Program-made: the position numbers and the translations under genes
Assembly: GCA_964016885.1 (NCBI GenBank)
Contig: OZ024744.1
Coordinates: forward strand, 134,664,001 to 134,728,000
Reading direction: 5' to 3'
DNA from: Eledone cirrhosa
Lineage: Eukaryota
Length of the DNA stretch: 64,000 nucleotides
Notes under the pieces: generated by a model
The model's input: the letters and a program-made list of their open reading frames with translations, nothing else
The model's database searches: none
What the model was told of the DNA's origin: nothing
In this document: positions 12,311 to 24,693 of the stretch, one piece after another
How the letters are laid out: every line of letters starts with the position of its first letter
How positions within the stretch are numbered: position 1 is the first letter of the stretch

Positions 12311-13522
12311 AGTCGGGGTTAAGTTAAGTTGGCGTTAAGTTAAGTTAGGCTTAACTTAAGTTGGGGGTAAGTTAAGTTGGGGGTAAGTTAAGTTGGGGTT
12401 AAGTTAAGTTGGCGTTCAGTTAAGTTGGGGTTAATTAAGTGGTGGTTATGTTAAGTTGGGGTTAATTTAAATTGGGGTGAAGTTAACTTTGTGGTTAAGT
12501 TAAGTTGGGGTTAAGTTAAGTTGGGGTTAAGTTGGGGTTGAGTTAAGTTGGGGTTGAGTGAAGTTGGGGTTAAGTTAATTTGGGGTAAAGTTAAGTTGGG
12601 GTTAAGTTAAGTCGGGGTTAAGTTAAGTTGTGGTTGAGTTAAGTTGGGGTTAATTTAAGTTGGGGCTAAGTTAATTTGTGGTTAAGTTAAGTTGGGGTTA
12701 AGTTAAGTTGGGGTTAAGTTAAGTTGGGGTTAAGTTAAGTTGCAGTTAAGTTAAGTTGAGGTTAAGTTAAGTTGGGGTTAAGTTAAGTTAGGGTTAAGTT
12801 AAGTTGGGGTTCAGTTAAGTTGGGGTTAAGTTAAGTTGGGGTTAAGATGGGGTTAAATTAAGTTGGGGTTAAGTTAAGTTGGATATAGTTAAGTTGGGGT
12901 TAAGTTAAGTTGGGGTTAATTTAAGTCGGGGTTAAGTTAAGTCGGGGTTAAGTTAAGTTAGGGTTCAGTTAAGTTGGGGTTAAGTTAAGTTGGGGTTGAG
13001 TTAAGTTGGGGTTGAGTTAAATTGGGGTTGAGTTAAGTTGGGGTTGAGTTAAGTTGGTGTTGAGTTAAGTTGGGGTTAAGTTAAGTTGGGGTTAAGTTAA
13101 GTTGCAGTTAAGTTAAGTTGAGGTTAAGTTAAGGTGCGGTTAAGTTAAGTTGGGGTTAAGTTAAGTTGGGGCTAAGTTAAGTTGGGGCTAAGTTAAGTTG
13201 GAGCTAAGTTAAGTTGGGGTTAAGTTACGTTGGGGTTAAGTTAAGTCGGGGTTAAGTTAAGTTGGGGTTAAGTTAAGTTGGGGTTAATTTAAGTTGGGGT
13301 TAAGTTAAGTTGGGGTTAAGTTTAGTTGGGGTTAAGTTAAGTTGGGGTTAAGTTAAGTTGGGTTTAAGTTAAGTTGGGGTTAAGTTAAGTTGGGGTCAAG
13401 TTAAGTTGGGGTTAAGTTAAGTTGGTTAGTTAAGTTGAGTTTAAGTTAAGTTGGGGTTAATTTAAGTTGGGGTTAAGTTAAGTTGGGGTTAAGTTAAGTT
13501 GGGGTTAAGTTAAGTTGGGGTT

Positions 13523-13738
13523 AACCCCAACTTAACTTAACCCCAACTTAACTTAACCCCAACTTCACTCAACCCCAACGTAACTCAACCCCAACTTAAC
13601 TTAACCCCAACTTCACTCAACCCCAACTTAACTTAACCCCAACTTCACTCAACCCCAACTTAAGTCAACCCCAACTTAACTTAACCCCAACTTGACTTAA
13701 CCCCAACTTAACTTAGCCCCAACTTAACTTAAGCCCAA
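13523..13738 (-). repeat. Inverted block 6 (type B, 216 bp)
   Basis: First two monomers are canonical and the exit is followed by GGGGTTGAG. It forms a perfect 86-bp palindrome at 13480-13565. Confidence 0.95.
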
Positions 13739-16700
13739 AGTCGGGGTTGAGTTATGTTGGCGTTAAGTTAAGTTAGGCTTAACTTAAGTTGGGGGTAAGT
13801 TAAGTTGGGGGTAAGTTAAGTTGGGGTTAAGTTAAGTTGCGGTTAAGTTGGGGTTAAGTTAAGTTAGGGTTAAGTTAAGTTGGCGTTGAGTTAAGTTGGG
13901 GTTAATTAAGTGGTGGTTATGTTAAGTTGGGGTTAATTTAAATTGGGGTGAAGTTAACTTTGTGGTTAAGTTAAGTTGGGGTTAAGTTAAGTTGGGGTTA
14001 AGTTGGGGTTGAGTTAAGTTGGGGTTGAGTGAAGTTGGGGTTAAGTTAAGTTGGGGTAAAGTTAAGTTGGGGTTAAGTTAAGTCGGGGTTAAGTTAAGTT
14101 GTGGTTGAGTTAAGTTGGGGTTAATTTAAGTTGGGGCTAAGTTAATTTGTGGTTAAGTTAAGTTGGGGTTAAGTTAAGTTGGGGTTAAGTTAAGTTGGGG
14201 TTAAGTTAAGTTGCAGTTAAGTTAAGTTGAGGTTAAGTTAAGTTGGGGTTAAGTTAAGTTGGGGTTAAGTTAAGTTGGGGCTAAGTTAAGTTGGGGCTAA
14301 GTTAAGTTGGGGCTAAGTTAAGTTGGGGTTAAGTTAAGTTGGGGTTAAGTTAAGTTGGGGTTAAGTTAAGTTGGGGTTAAGTTAAGTTGGTGTTAAGTTA
14401 AGTTGGGGCTAAGTTAAGTTGGGGCTGAGTTAAGTTGGGGCTGAGTTAAGTTGGGGTTAAGTTAAGTTGGGGTTGAGTTAAGTTGGGGTTAAGTTAAGTT
14501 GGGGTCAAGTTAAGTTGGGGTTAAGTTGGGGTTAATTTAAGTTAGGTTTAAGTTAAGTTGGGGTTAAGTTAAGTTGGGGTTAAGTTAAGTTGGGGTTAAG
14601 TTAAGTTGGGGTTAAGTTAAGTTGGGGTTAAGTTAATTTGTGGTTAAGTTAAGTTGGGGTTAAGTTAAGTTGGGGTTAAGTTAAGTTGGGGTTAAGTTAA
14701 GTCGGGGTTAAGTTAAGTTGGGGTTAAGTTAAGTTGGGGTTAATTTAAGTTGGGGTTAAGTTAAGTTGGGGTTAAGTTAAGTTGGGGTTAAGTTAAGTTG
14801 GGGATAATTTAAGTTGGGGTTAAGTTAACTTTGGGTTTAAGTTAAGTTGGGGTTAAGTTAAGTTGGGGTTAAGTGAAGTTGGGGTTAAGTTAATTTGTGG
14901 TTAAGTTAAGTTGGGGTTAAGTTAAGTTGGGGTTGAGTTAAGTTGGGGCTGAGTTAATTTGGGGTTAAGTTAAGTTGGGGTTAAGTTAAGTTGGGTTTAA
15001 GTTAAGTTGGGGTTAAATTAAGTTGGGGTTAAATTAAGTTGGGGTTAAGTTAAGTTGGGGTTAATTAAGTTGGGGTTAAGTTAAGTTGGGGTTAAGTTAA
15101 GTTGGGGTTAATTTAAGTTGGGGTTGAGTTAAGTTGGGGTTAAGTTAAGTTGGGGTTATATTAAGTTGGGGTTAAGTTAAGTTGGGGTTCAGTTAAGTTG
15201 GGGTTAAGTTAAGTTGGGGTTAAGTTAAGTTGAGGTTAAGTTAAGTTGGGGTTAATTTAAGTTGGTGTTAAGTTAAGTTGGGGCTAAGTTAAGTTGGGGC
15301 TGAGTTAAGTTGGGGCTGAGTTAAGTTGGGGCTAAGTTAAGTTGGGGTTGAGTTAAGTTGGGGTTAAGTTGGGGTTAAGTTAAGTTAGGTTTAAGTTAAG
15401 TTGGGGTTAAGTTAAGTTGGGGTTAAGTTAAGTTGGGGTTAAGTTAAGTTGGGGTTAAGTTAAGTTGGGGTTGAGTTAATTTGTGGTTAAGTTAAGTTGT
15501 GGTTAAGTTAAGTTGGGGTTAAGTTAAGTTGGGGTTAAGTTAAGTCGGGGTTAAGTTAAGTTGGGGTTAAGTTAAGTTGGGGTTAATTTAAGTTGGGGTT
15601 AAGTTAAGTTGGGGTTAAGTTAAGTTGGGGTTAAGTTAAGTCGGGGTTAAGTTAAGTTGGGGTTAAGTTAAGTTGGGGTTAATTTAAGTTGGGGTTAAGT
15701 TAAGTTGGGGTTAAGTTAAGTTGGGGTTAAGTTAAGTTGGGGTTAAGTTAAGTTGGGGATAATTTAAGTTGGGGTTAAGTTAAGTTTGAGTTTAAGTTAA
15801 GTTGGGGTTAAGTTAAGTTGGGGTTAAGTTAAGTTGGGGTTAATTTAAGTTGGTTAGTTAAGTTGAGTTTAAGTTAAGTTGGGGTTAATTTAAGTTGGGG
15901 TTAAGTTAAGCTGGGGTTAAGTTAAGTTGGGGTTAAGTTAAGTTGGGGTTAATTTAAGTTGGGGTTAATTTAAGTCGGGGTTAAGTTAAGTTGTGGTTGA
16001 GTTAAGTTTGGGTTAATTTAAGTTGGGGCTAAGTTAATTTGTGGTTAAGTTAGTTTGGGTAAGTTAAGTTGGGGTTAAGTTAAGTTGGGGTTGAGTTAAG
16101 TTGGGGTTGAGTTAATTTGGGGTTAAGTTAAGTTGGGGTTAAGTTAAGTTGGGTTTAAGTTAAATTGGGGTTAAATTAAGTTGGGGTTAAATTAAGTTGG
16201 GGTTAAGTTAAGTTGGGGGTAAGTTAAGTTGGGGGCAAGTTAAGTTGGGGTTAATTTAATTTGGGGTTAAATTAAGTTGGGGTTACGTTAAGTTGGTGTT
16301 AAGTTAAGTTGGGGTTAATTTAAGTTGGGGTTGAGTTAAGTTGGGGATAAGTTAAGTTGGGGTTAAGTTAAGTTGGGGTTAATTAAGTTGGGGTTAAGTT
16401 AAGTTGGGGTTAAGTTAAGTTGGGGCTAAGTTAAGTTGGGGCTGAGTTAAGTTGGGGCTGAGTTAAGTTGGGGTTAAGTTAAGTTGGGGTTGAGTTAAGT
16501 TGGGGTTAAGTTAAGTTGGGGTCAAGTTAAGTTGGGGTTAAGTTGGGGTTAAGTTAAGTTAGGTTTAAGTTAAGTTGGGGTTAAGTTAAGTTGGGGTTAA
16601 GTTAAGTTGGGGTTAAGTTAAGTTGGGGTTAAGTTAAGTTGGGGTTAAGTTAATTTGTGGTTTATTTAAGTTGGGGTTAATTTAAGTTGGGGTTAAGTTA

Positions 16701-17369
16701 AGTTGGGTTTAAGTTAAGTTGGGGTTAAGTTAAGTTGGGGATAAGTTAAGTTGGGGTTAAGTTAAGTTGGGGTTAAGTTAAGTTGGGGTTAAGTTAAGTT
16801 GGGGCTAAGTTAAGTTGGGGCTGAGTTAAGTTGGGGTTAAGTTAAGTTGGGGTTAAGTTAAGTTGGGGTTTATTTAAGTTGGGGTTAAGTTAAGTTGGGG
16901 TTCAGTTAAGTTGGGGTTAAGTTAAGTTGGGGTTAAGTTAAGTTGGGGTTAAGATGGGGTTAAATTAAGTTGGGGTTAAGTTAAGTTTGAGTTTAAGTTA
17001 AGTTGGGGTTAAGTTAAGTTGGGGTTAAGTTAAGTTGGGATTAAGTTAAGTTGGTTAGTTAAGTTGAGTTTAAGTTAAGTTGGGGTTAATTTAAGTTGGG
17101 GTTAAGTTAAGCTGGGGTTAAGTTAAGTTGGGGTTAAGTTAAGTTGGGGTTAATTTAAGTTGGGGTTAATTTAAGTCGGGGTTAAGTTAAGTTGTGGTTG
17201 AGTTAAGTTGGGGTTAATTTAAGTTGGGGCTAAGTTAATTTGTGGTTAAGTTAAGTTGGGGTTAAGTTAAGTTGGGGTTAAGTTAAGTTGGGGTTGAGTT
17301 AAGTTGGGGTTGAGTTAATTTGGGGTTAAGTTGGGGTTAAGTTAAGTTGGGTTTAAGTTAAGTTGGGGT

Positions 17370-18990
17370 TAAATTAAGTTGGGGTTAAATTAAGTTGGGG
17401 TTAAGTTAAGTTGGGGGTAAGTTAAGTTGGGGGCAAGTTAAGTTGGGGTTAATTTAAGTTGGGGTTAAATTAAGTTGGGGTTACGTTAAGTTGGTGTTAA
17501 GTTAAGTTGGGGTTAATTTAAGTTGGGGTTGAGTTAAGTTGGGGTTCAGTTAAGTTGGGGATAAGTTAAGTTGGGGTTAAGTTAAGTTGGGGTTAATTAA
17601 GTTGGGGTTAAGTTAAGTTGGGGTTAAGTTAAGTTGGGGCTAAGTTAAGTTGGGGCTGAGTTAAGTTGGGGCTGAGTTAAGTTGGGGTTAAGTTAAGTTG
17701 GGGTTGAGTTAAGTTGGGGTTAATTTAAGTTGGGGTCAAGTTAAGTTGGGGTTAAGTTGGGGTTAAGTTAAGTTAGGTTTAAGTTAAGTTGGGGTTAAGT
17801 TAAGTTGGGGTTAAGTTAATTTGTGGTTTAGTTAAGTTTGGGTTAAGTTAAGTTGGGGTTAAGTTAAGTTGGGGTTACGTTAAGTCGTGGTTAAGTTAAG
17901 TTGGGGTTAAGTTAAGTTGGAGTTAAGTTAAGTTGGGGTTAAGTTAAGTTGGGGTTAAGTTAAGTTGGGGTTAAGTTAAGTTGGGGTTAAGTTAAGTTGA
18001 GGTTAAGTTAAGTTGGGGTTAAATTAAGTTGGGGTTAAGTTAAGTTGGGGTTAAGTTAAGTTGGGGATAAGTTAAGTTGGGGATAATTTAAGTTGGGTTT
18101 AAGTTAAGTTGGGGTTAAGTTAAGTTGGGGTTAAGTTAATTTGTGGTTAAGTTAAGTTGGGGTTAAGTTAAGTTGGGGTTAAGTTAAGTTGGGGTTGAGT
18201 TAAGTTGGGGTTGAGTTAATTTGGGGTTAAATTAAGTTGGGGTTAAATTAAGTTGGGGTTAAGTTAAGTTGGGGGTAAGTTAAGTTGGGGGCAAGTTAAG
18301 TTGGGGTTAATTTAAGTTGGGGTTAAATTAAGTTGGGGTTACGTTAAGTTGGTGTTAAGTTAAGTTGGGGTTAATTTAAGTTGGGGTTGAGTTAAGTTGG
18401 GGTTCAGTTAAGTTGGGGATAAGTTAAGTTGGAGTTAAGTTAAGTTGGGGTTAATTAAGTTGGGGTTAAGTTAAGTTGGGGTTAAGTTAAGTTGGGGCTA
18501 AGTTAAGTTGGGGCTGAGTTAAGTTGGGGCTGAGTTAAGTTGGGGTTAAGTTAAGTTGGGGTTGAGTTAAGTTGGGGTTAATTTAAGTTGGGGTCAAGTT
18601 AAGTTGGGGTTAAGTTGGGGTTAAGTTAAGTTAGGTTTAAGTTAAGTTGGGGTTAAGTTAAGTTGGGGTTAAGTTAATTTGTGGTTTAGTTGAGTTTGGG
18701 TTAAGTTAAGTTGGGGTTAAGTTAAGTTGGGGTTAAGTTAAGTCGTGGTTAAGTTAAGTTGGGGTTAAGTTAAGTTGGAGTTAAGTTAAGTTGGGGTTAA
18801 GTTAAGTTGGGGTTAAGTTAAGTTGGGGTTAAGTTAAGTTGGGGTTAAGTTAAGTTGAGGTTAAGTTAAGTTGGGGTTAAATTAAGTTGGGGTTAAGTTA
18901 AGTTGGGGTTAAGTTAAGTTGGGGATAAGTTAAGTTGGGGATAATTTAAGTTGGGTTTAAGTTAAGTTGGGGTTAAGTTAAGTTGGGGTT
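17370..18990 (+). repeat. About 858-bp local tandem duplication without an inversion
   Basis: GGGGGCAAG (C at 17434 and 18292) and the rare TCGTGG (C at 17886 and 18744) are both offset by 858 bp. Confidence 0.8.
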
Positions 18991-19874
18991 AAGTTAAGTT
19001 GGGGATAAGTTAAGTTGGGGTTAAGTTAAGTTGGGGTTAAGTTAAGTTGGGGTTAAGTTAAGTTGGGGCTAAGTTAAGTTGGGGCTGAGTTAAGTTGGGG
19101 TTAAGTTAAGTTGGGGGTTAAGTTAAGTTGGGGTTAATTTAAGTTGGGGTTTATTTAAGTTGGGGTTAAGTTAAGTTGGGGTTCAGTTAAGTTGGGGTTA
19201 AGTTAAGTTGGGGTTAAGATGGGGTTAAATTAAGTTGGGGTTAAGTTAAGTTGGGGTTAAGTTAAGTTGGGGTTAAGTTAAGTTGGGGTTAAGTTAAGTC
19301 GGGGTTAAGTTAAGTCGGGGTTAAGTTAAGTTAGGGTTCAGTTAAGTTGGGGTTAAGTTAAGTTGGGGTTGAGTTAAGTTGGGGTTGAGTTAAATTGGGG
19401 TTGATTTAAGTTGGGGTTGAGTTAAGTTGGTGTTGAGTTAAGTTGGGGTTAAGTTAAGTTGGGGTTAAGTTAAGTTGCAGTTAAGTTAAGTTGAGGTTAA
19501 GTTAAGGTGCGGTTAAGTTAAGTTGGGGTTGAGTTAAGTTGGGGCTAAGTTAAGTTGGGGCTAAGTTAAGTTGGGGCTAAGTTAAGTTGGGGTTAAGTTA
19601 CGTTGGGGTTAAGTTAAGTCGGGGTTAAGTTAAGTTGGGGTTAAGTTAAGTTGGGGTTAATTTAAGTTGGGGTTAAGTTAAGTTGGGGTTAAGTTAAGTT
19701 GGGGTTAAGTTAAGTTGGGGTTAAGTTGGGTTTAAGTTAAGTTGGGGTTAAGTTAAGTTGGGGTCAAGTTAAGTTGGGGTTAAGTTAAGTTGGTTAGTTA
19801 AGTTGAGTTTAAGTTAAGTTGGGGTTAATTTAAGTTGGGGTTAAGTTAAGTTGGGGTTAAGTTAAGTTGGGGTT

Positions 19875-20090
19875 AACCCCAACTTAAGTTAACCCCAACT
19901 TAACTTAATACCAACTTCACTCAACCCCAACGTAACTCAACCCCAACTTAACTTAACCCCAACTTCACTCAACCCCAACTTAACTTAACCCCAACTTCAC
20001 TCAATCCCAACTTAAGTCAACCCCAACTTAACTTAACCCCAACTTGACTTAACCCCAACTTAACTTAGCCCCAACTTAACTTAAGCCCAA
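19875..20090 (-). repeat. Inverted block 7 (type A, 216 bp)
   Basis: Same junctions and type-A marks. Confidence 0.95.
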
Positions 20091-21346
20091 AGTCGGGGTT
20101 AAGTTAAGTTGGCGTTAAGTTAAGTTAGGCTTAACTTAAGTTGGGGGTAAGTTAAGTTGGGGGTAAGTTAAGTTGGGGTTAAGTTAAGTTGCGGTTAAGT
20201 TGGGGTTAAGTTAAGTTAGGGTTAAGTTAAGTTGGCGTTGAGTTAAGTTGGGGTTAATTAAGTGGTGGTTATGTTAAGTTGGGGTTAATTTAAATTGGGG
20301 TGAAGTTAACTTTGTGGTTAAGTTAAGTTGGGGTTAAGTTGGGGTTGAGTTAAGTTGGGGTTGAGTGAAGTTGGGGTTAAGTTAAGTTGGGGTAAAGTTA
20401 AGTTGGGGTTAAGTTAAGTCGGGGTTAAGTTAAGTTGTGGTTGAGTTAAGTTGGGGTTAATTTAAGTTGGGGCTAAGTTAATTTGTGGTTAAGTTAAGTT
20501 GGGGTTAAGTTAAGTTGGGGTTAAGTTAAGTTGGGGTTAAGTTAAGTTGCAGTTAAGTTAAGTTGAGGTTAAGTTAAGTTGGGGTTAAGTTAAGTTGGGG
20601 TTAAGTTAAGTTGGGGTTCAGTTAAGTTGGGGTTAAGTTAAGTTGGGGTTAAGATGGGGTTAAATTAAGTTGGGGTTAAGTTAAGTTGGGGTTAAGTTAA
20701 GTTGGGGTTAAGTTAAGTTGGGGTTAATTTAAGTCGGGGTTAAGTTAAGTCGGGGTTAAGTTAAGTTAGGGTTCAGTTAAGTTGGGGTTAAGTTAAGTTG
20801 GGGTTGAGTTAAGTTGGGGTTGAGTTAAATTGGGGTTGAGTTAAGTTGGGGTTGAGTTAAGTTGGTGTTGAGTTAAGTTGGGGTTAAGTTAAGTTGGGGT
20901 TAAGTTAAGTTGCAGTTAAGTTAAGTTGAGGTTAAGTTAAGGTGCGGTTAAGTTAAGTTGGGGTTAAGTTAAGTTGGGGCTAAGTTAAGTTGGGGCTAAG
21001 TTAAGTTGGGGCTAAGTTAAGTTGGGGTTAAGTTACGTTGGGGTTAAGTTAAGTCGGGGTTAAGTTAAGTTGGGGTTAAGTTAAGTTGGGGTTAATTTAA
21101 GTTGGGGTTAAGTTAAGTTGGGGTTAAGTTTAGTTGGGGTTAAGTTAAGTTGGGGTTAAGTTAAGTTGGGTTTAAGTTAAGTTGGGGTTAAGTTAAGTTG
21201 GGGTCAAGTTAAGTTGGGGTTAAGTTAAGTTGGTTAGTTAAGTTGAGTTTAAGTTAAGTTTGGGTTAATTTAAGTTGGGGTTAAGTTAAGTTGGGGTTAA
21301 GTTAAGTCGGGGTTAAGTTAAGTTGTGGTTAAGTTAAGTTGGGGTT

Positions 21347-21562
21347 AACCCCAACTTAACTTAACCCCAACTTAACTTAACCCCAACTTCACTCAACCCC
21401 AACGTAACTCAACCCCAACTTAACTTAACCCCAACTTCACTCAACCCCAACTTAACTTAACCCCAACTTCACTCAACCCAAACTTAAGTCAACCCCAACT
21501 TAACTTAACCCCAACTTGACTTATCCCCAACTTAACTTAGCCCCAACTTAACTTAAGCCCAA
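21347..21562 (-). repeat. Inverted block 8 (type B1, 216 bp)
   Basis: Type-B start with the TTGACTTATCCCC mark. Confidence 0.95.
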
Positions 21563-24477
21563 AGTCGGGGTTGAGTTAAGTTGGCGTTAAGTTAAGTTAG
21601 GCTTAACTTAAGTTGGGGGTAAGTTAAGTTGGGGGTAAGTTAAGTTGGGGTTAAGTTAAGTTGCGGTTAAGTTGGGGTTAAGTTAAGTTAGGGTTAAGTT
21701 AAGTTGGCGTTGAGTTAAGTTGGGGTTAATTAAGTGGTGGTTATGTTAAGTTGGGGTTAATTTAAATTGGGGTGAAGTTAACTTTGTGGTTAAGTTAAGT
21801 TGGGGTTAAGTTAAGTTGGGGTTAAGTTGGGGTTGAGTTAAGTTGGGTTGAGTGAAGTTGGGGTTAAGTTAAGTTGGGGTAAAGTTAAGTTGGGGTTAAG
21901 TTAAGTCGGGGTTAAGTTAAGTTGTGGTTGAGTTAAGTTGGGGTTAATTTAAGTTGGGGCTAAGTTAATTTGTGGTTAAGTTAAGTTGGGGTTAAGTTAA
22001 GTTGGGGTTAAGTTAAGTTGGGGTTAAGTTAAGTTGCAGTTAAGTTAAGTTGAGGTTAAGTTAAGTTGGGGTTAAGTTAAGTTGGGGTTAAGTTAAGTTG
22101 GGGCTAAGTTAAGTTGGGGCTAAGTTAAGTTGGGGCTAAGTTAAGTTGGGGTTAAGTTAAGTTGGGGTTAAGTTAAGTTGGGGTTAAGTTAAGTTGGGGT
22201 TAAGTTAAGTTGGTGTTAAGTTAAGTTGGGGCTAAGTTAAGTTGGGGCTGAGTTAAGTTGGGGCTGAGTTAAGTTGGGGTTAAGTTAAGTTGGGGTTGAG
22301 TTAAGTTGGGGTTAAGTTAAGTTGGGGTCAAGTTAAGTTGGGGTTAAGTTGGGGTTAATTTAAGTTAGGTTTAAGTTAAGTTGGGGTTAAGTTAAGTTGG
22401 GGTTAAGTTAAGTTGGGGTTAAGTTAAGTTGGGGTTAAGTTAAGTTGGGGTTAAGTTAATTTGTGGTTAAGTTAAGTTGGGGTTAAGTTAAGTTGGGGTT
22501 AAGTTAAGTTGGGGTTAAGTTAAGTCGGGGTTAAGTTAAGTTGGGGTTAAGTTAAGTTGGGGTTAATTTAAGTTGGGGTTAAGTTAAGTTGGGGTTAATT
22601 TAAGTTGGGGTTAAGTTAAGCTGGGGTTAAGTTAAGTTGGGGTTAAGTTAAGTTGGGGTTAATTTAAGTTGGGGTTAATTTAAGTCGGGGTTAAGTTAAG
22701 TTGTGGTTGAGTTAAGTTGGGGTTAATTTAAGTTGGGGCTAAGTTAATTTGTGGTTAAGTTAAGTTGGGGTTAAGTTAAGTTGGGGTTAAGTTAAGTTGG
22801 GGTTGAGTTAAGTTGGGGTTGAGTTAATTTGGGGTTAAGTTAAGTTGGGGTTAAGTTAAGTTGGGTTTAAGTTAAGTTGGGGTTAAATTAAGTTGGGGTT
22901 AAATTAAGTTGGGGTTAAGTTAAGTTGGGGGTAAGTTAAGTTGGGGGCAAGTTAAGTTGGGGTTAATTTAAGTTGGGGTTAAATTAAGTTGGGGTTACGT
23001 TAAGTTGGTGTTAAGTTAAGTTGGGGTTAATTTAAGTTGGGGTTGAGTTAAGTTGGGGTTCAGTTAAGTTGGGGATAAGTTAAGTTGGGGTTAAGTTAAG
23101 TTGGGGTTAATTAAGTTGGGGTTAAGTTAAGTTGGGGTTAAGTTAAGTTGGGGCTAAGTTAAGTTGGGGCTGAGTTAAGTTGGGGCTGAGTTAAGTTGGG
23201 GTTAAGTTAAGTTGGGGTTGAGTTAAGTTGGGGTTAAGTTAAGTTGGGGTCAAGTTAAGTTGGGGTTAAGTTGGGGTTAAGTTAAGTTAGGTTTAAGTTA
23301 AGTTGGGGTTAAGTTAAGTTGGGGTTAAGTTAATTTGTGGTTTAGTTAAGTTTGGGTTAAGTTAAGTTGGGGTTAAGTTAAGTTGGGGTTAAGTTAAGTC
23401 GTGGTTAAGTTAAGTTGGGGTTAAGTTAAGTTGGAGTTAAGTTAAGTTGGGGTTAAGTTAAGTTGGGGTTAAGTTAAGTTGGGGTTAAGTTAAGTTGGGG
23501 TTAAGTTAAGTTGAGGTTAAGTTAAGTTGGGGTTAAATTAAGTTGGGGTTAAGTTAAGTTGGGGTTAAGTTAAGTTGGGGATAAGTTAAGTTGGGGATAA
23601 TTTAAGTTGGGGTTAAGTTAAGTTGGGGTTAAGTTAAGTTGGGGTTAAGTTAAGTTGGGGATAAGTTAAGTTGGGGTTAAGTTAAGTTGGGGTTAAGTTA
23701 AGTTGGGGTTAAGTTAAGTTGGGGCTGAGTTAAGTTGGGGTTAAGTTAAGTTGGGGGTTAAGTTAAGTTGGGGTTAATTTAAGTTGGGGTTTATTTAAGT
23801 TGGGGTTAAGTTAAGTTGGGGTTCAGTTAAGTTGGGGTTAAGTTAAGTTGGGGTTAAGATGGGGTTAAATTAAGTTGGGGTTAAGTTAAGTTGGGGTTAA
23901 GTTAAGTTGGGGTTAAGTTAAGTTGGGGTTAAGTTAAGTCGGGGTTAAGTTAAGTCGGGGTTAAGTTAAGTTAGGGTTCAGTTAAGTTGGGGTTAAGTTA
24001 AGTTGGGGTTGAGTTAAGTTGGGGTTGAGTTAAATTGGGGTTGAGTTAAGTTGGGGTTGAGTTAAGTTGGTGTTGAGTTAAGTTGGGGTTAAGTTAAGTT
24101 GGGGTTAAGTTAAGTTGCAGTTAAGTTAAGTTGAGGTTAAGTTAAGGTGCGGTTAAGTTAAGTTGGGGTTAAGTTAAGTTGGGGTTAAGTTGGGGTTAAG
24201 TTACGTTGGGGTTAAGTTAAGTCGGGGTTAAGTTAAGTTGGGGTTAAGTTAAGTTGGGGTTAATTTAAGTTGGGGTTAAGTTAAGTTGGGGTTAAGTTAA
24301 GTTGGGGTTAAGTTAAGTTGGGGTTAAGTTGGGTTTAAGTTAAGTTGGGGTTAAGTTAAGTTGGGGTCAAGTTAAGTTGGGGTTAAGTTAAGTTGGTTAG
24401 TTAAGTTGAGTTTAAGTTAAGTTGGGGTTAATTTAAGTTGGGGTTAAGTTAAGTTGGGGTTAAGTTAAGTTGGGGTT

Positions 24478-24693
24478 AACCCCAACTTAAGTTAACCCCC
24501 ACTTGACTTAATACCAACTTCACTCAACCCCAACGTAACTCAACCCCAACTTAACTTAACCCCAACTTCACTCAACCCCAACTTAAATTAACCCCAACTT
24601 CACTCAATCCCAACTTAAGTCAACCCCAATTTAACTTAACCCCAACTTGACTTAACCCCAACTTAACTTAGCCCCAACTTAACTTAAGCCCAA
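24478..24693 (-). repeat. Inverted block 9 (type A, 216 bp, extra private SNPs)
   Basis: Type-A marks plus CCCCCACTTGAC, TAAATTA and CCCCAATTT. Confidence 0.95.

Noticed and set aside
13480-13565. Protelomerase (telRL-like) hairpin-telomere resolution site
   Set aside because: The palindrome is fully explained by monomer inversion, no cognate enzyme is present, and so many active sites would fragment the DNA.
13523-14084. piggyBac/MITE-type element inserted at TTAA
   Set aside because: TTAA is part of every monomer. There are no distinct terminal inverted repeats, non-satellite internal sequence or transposase.
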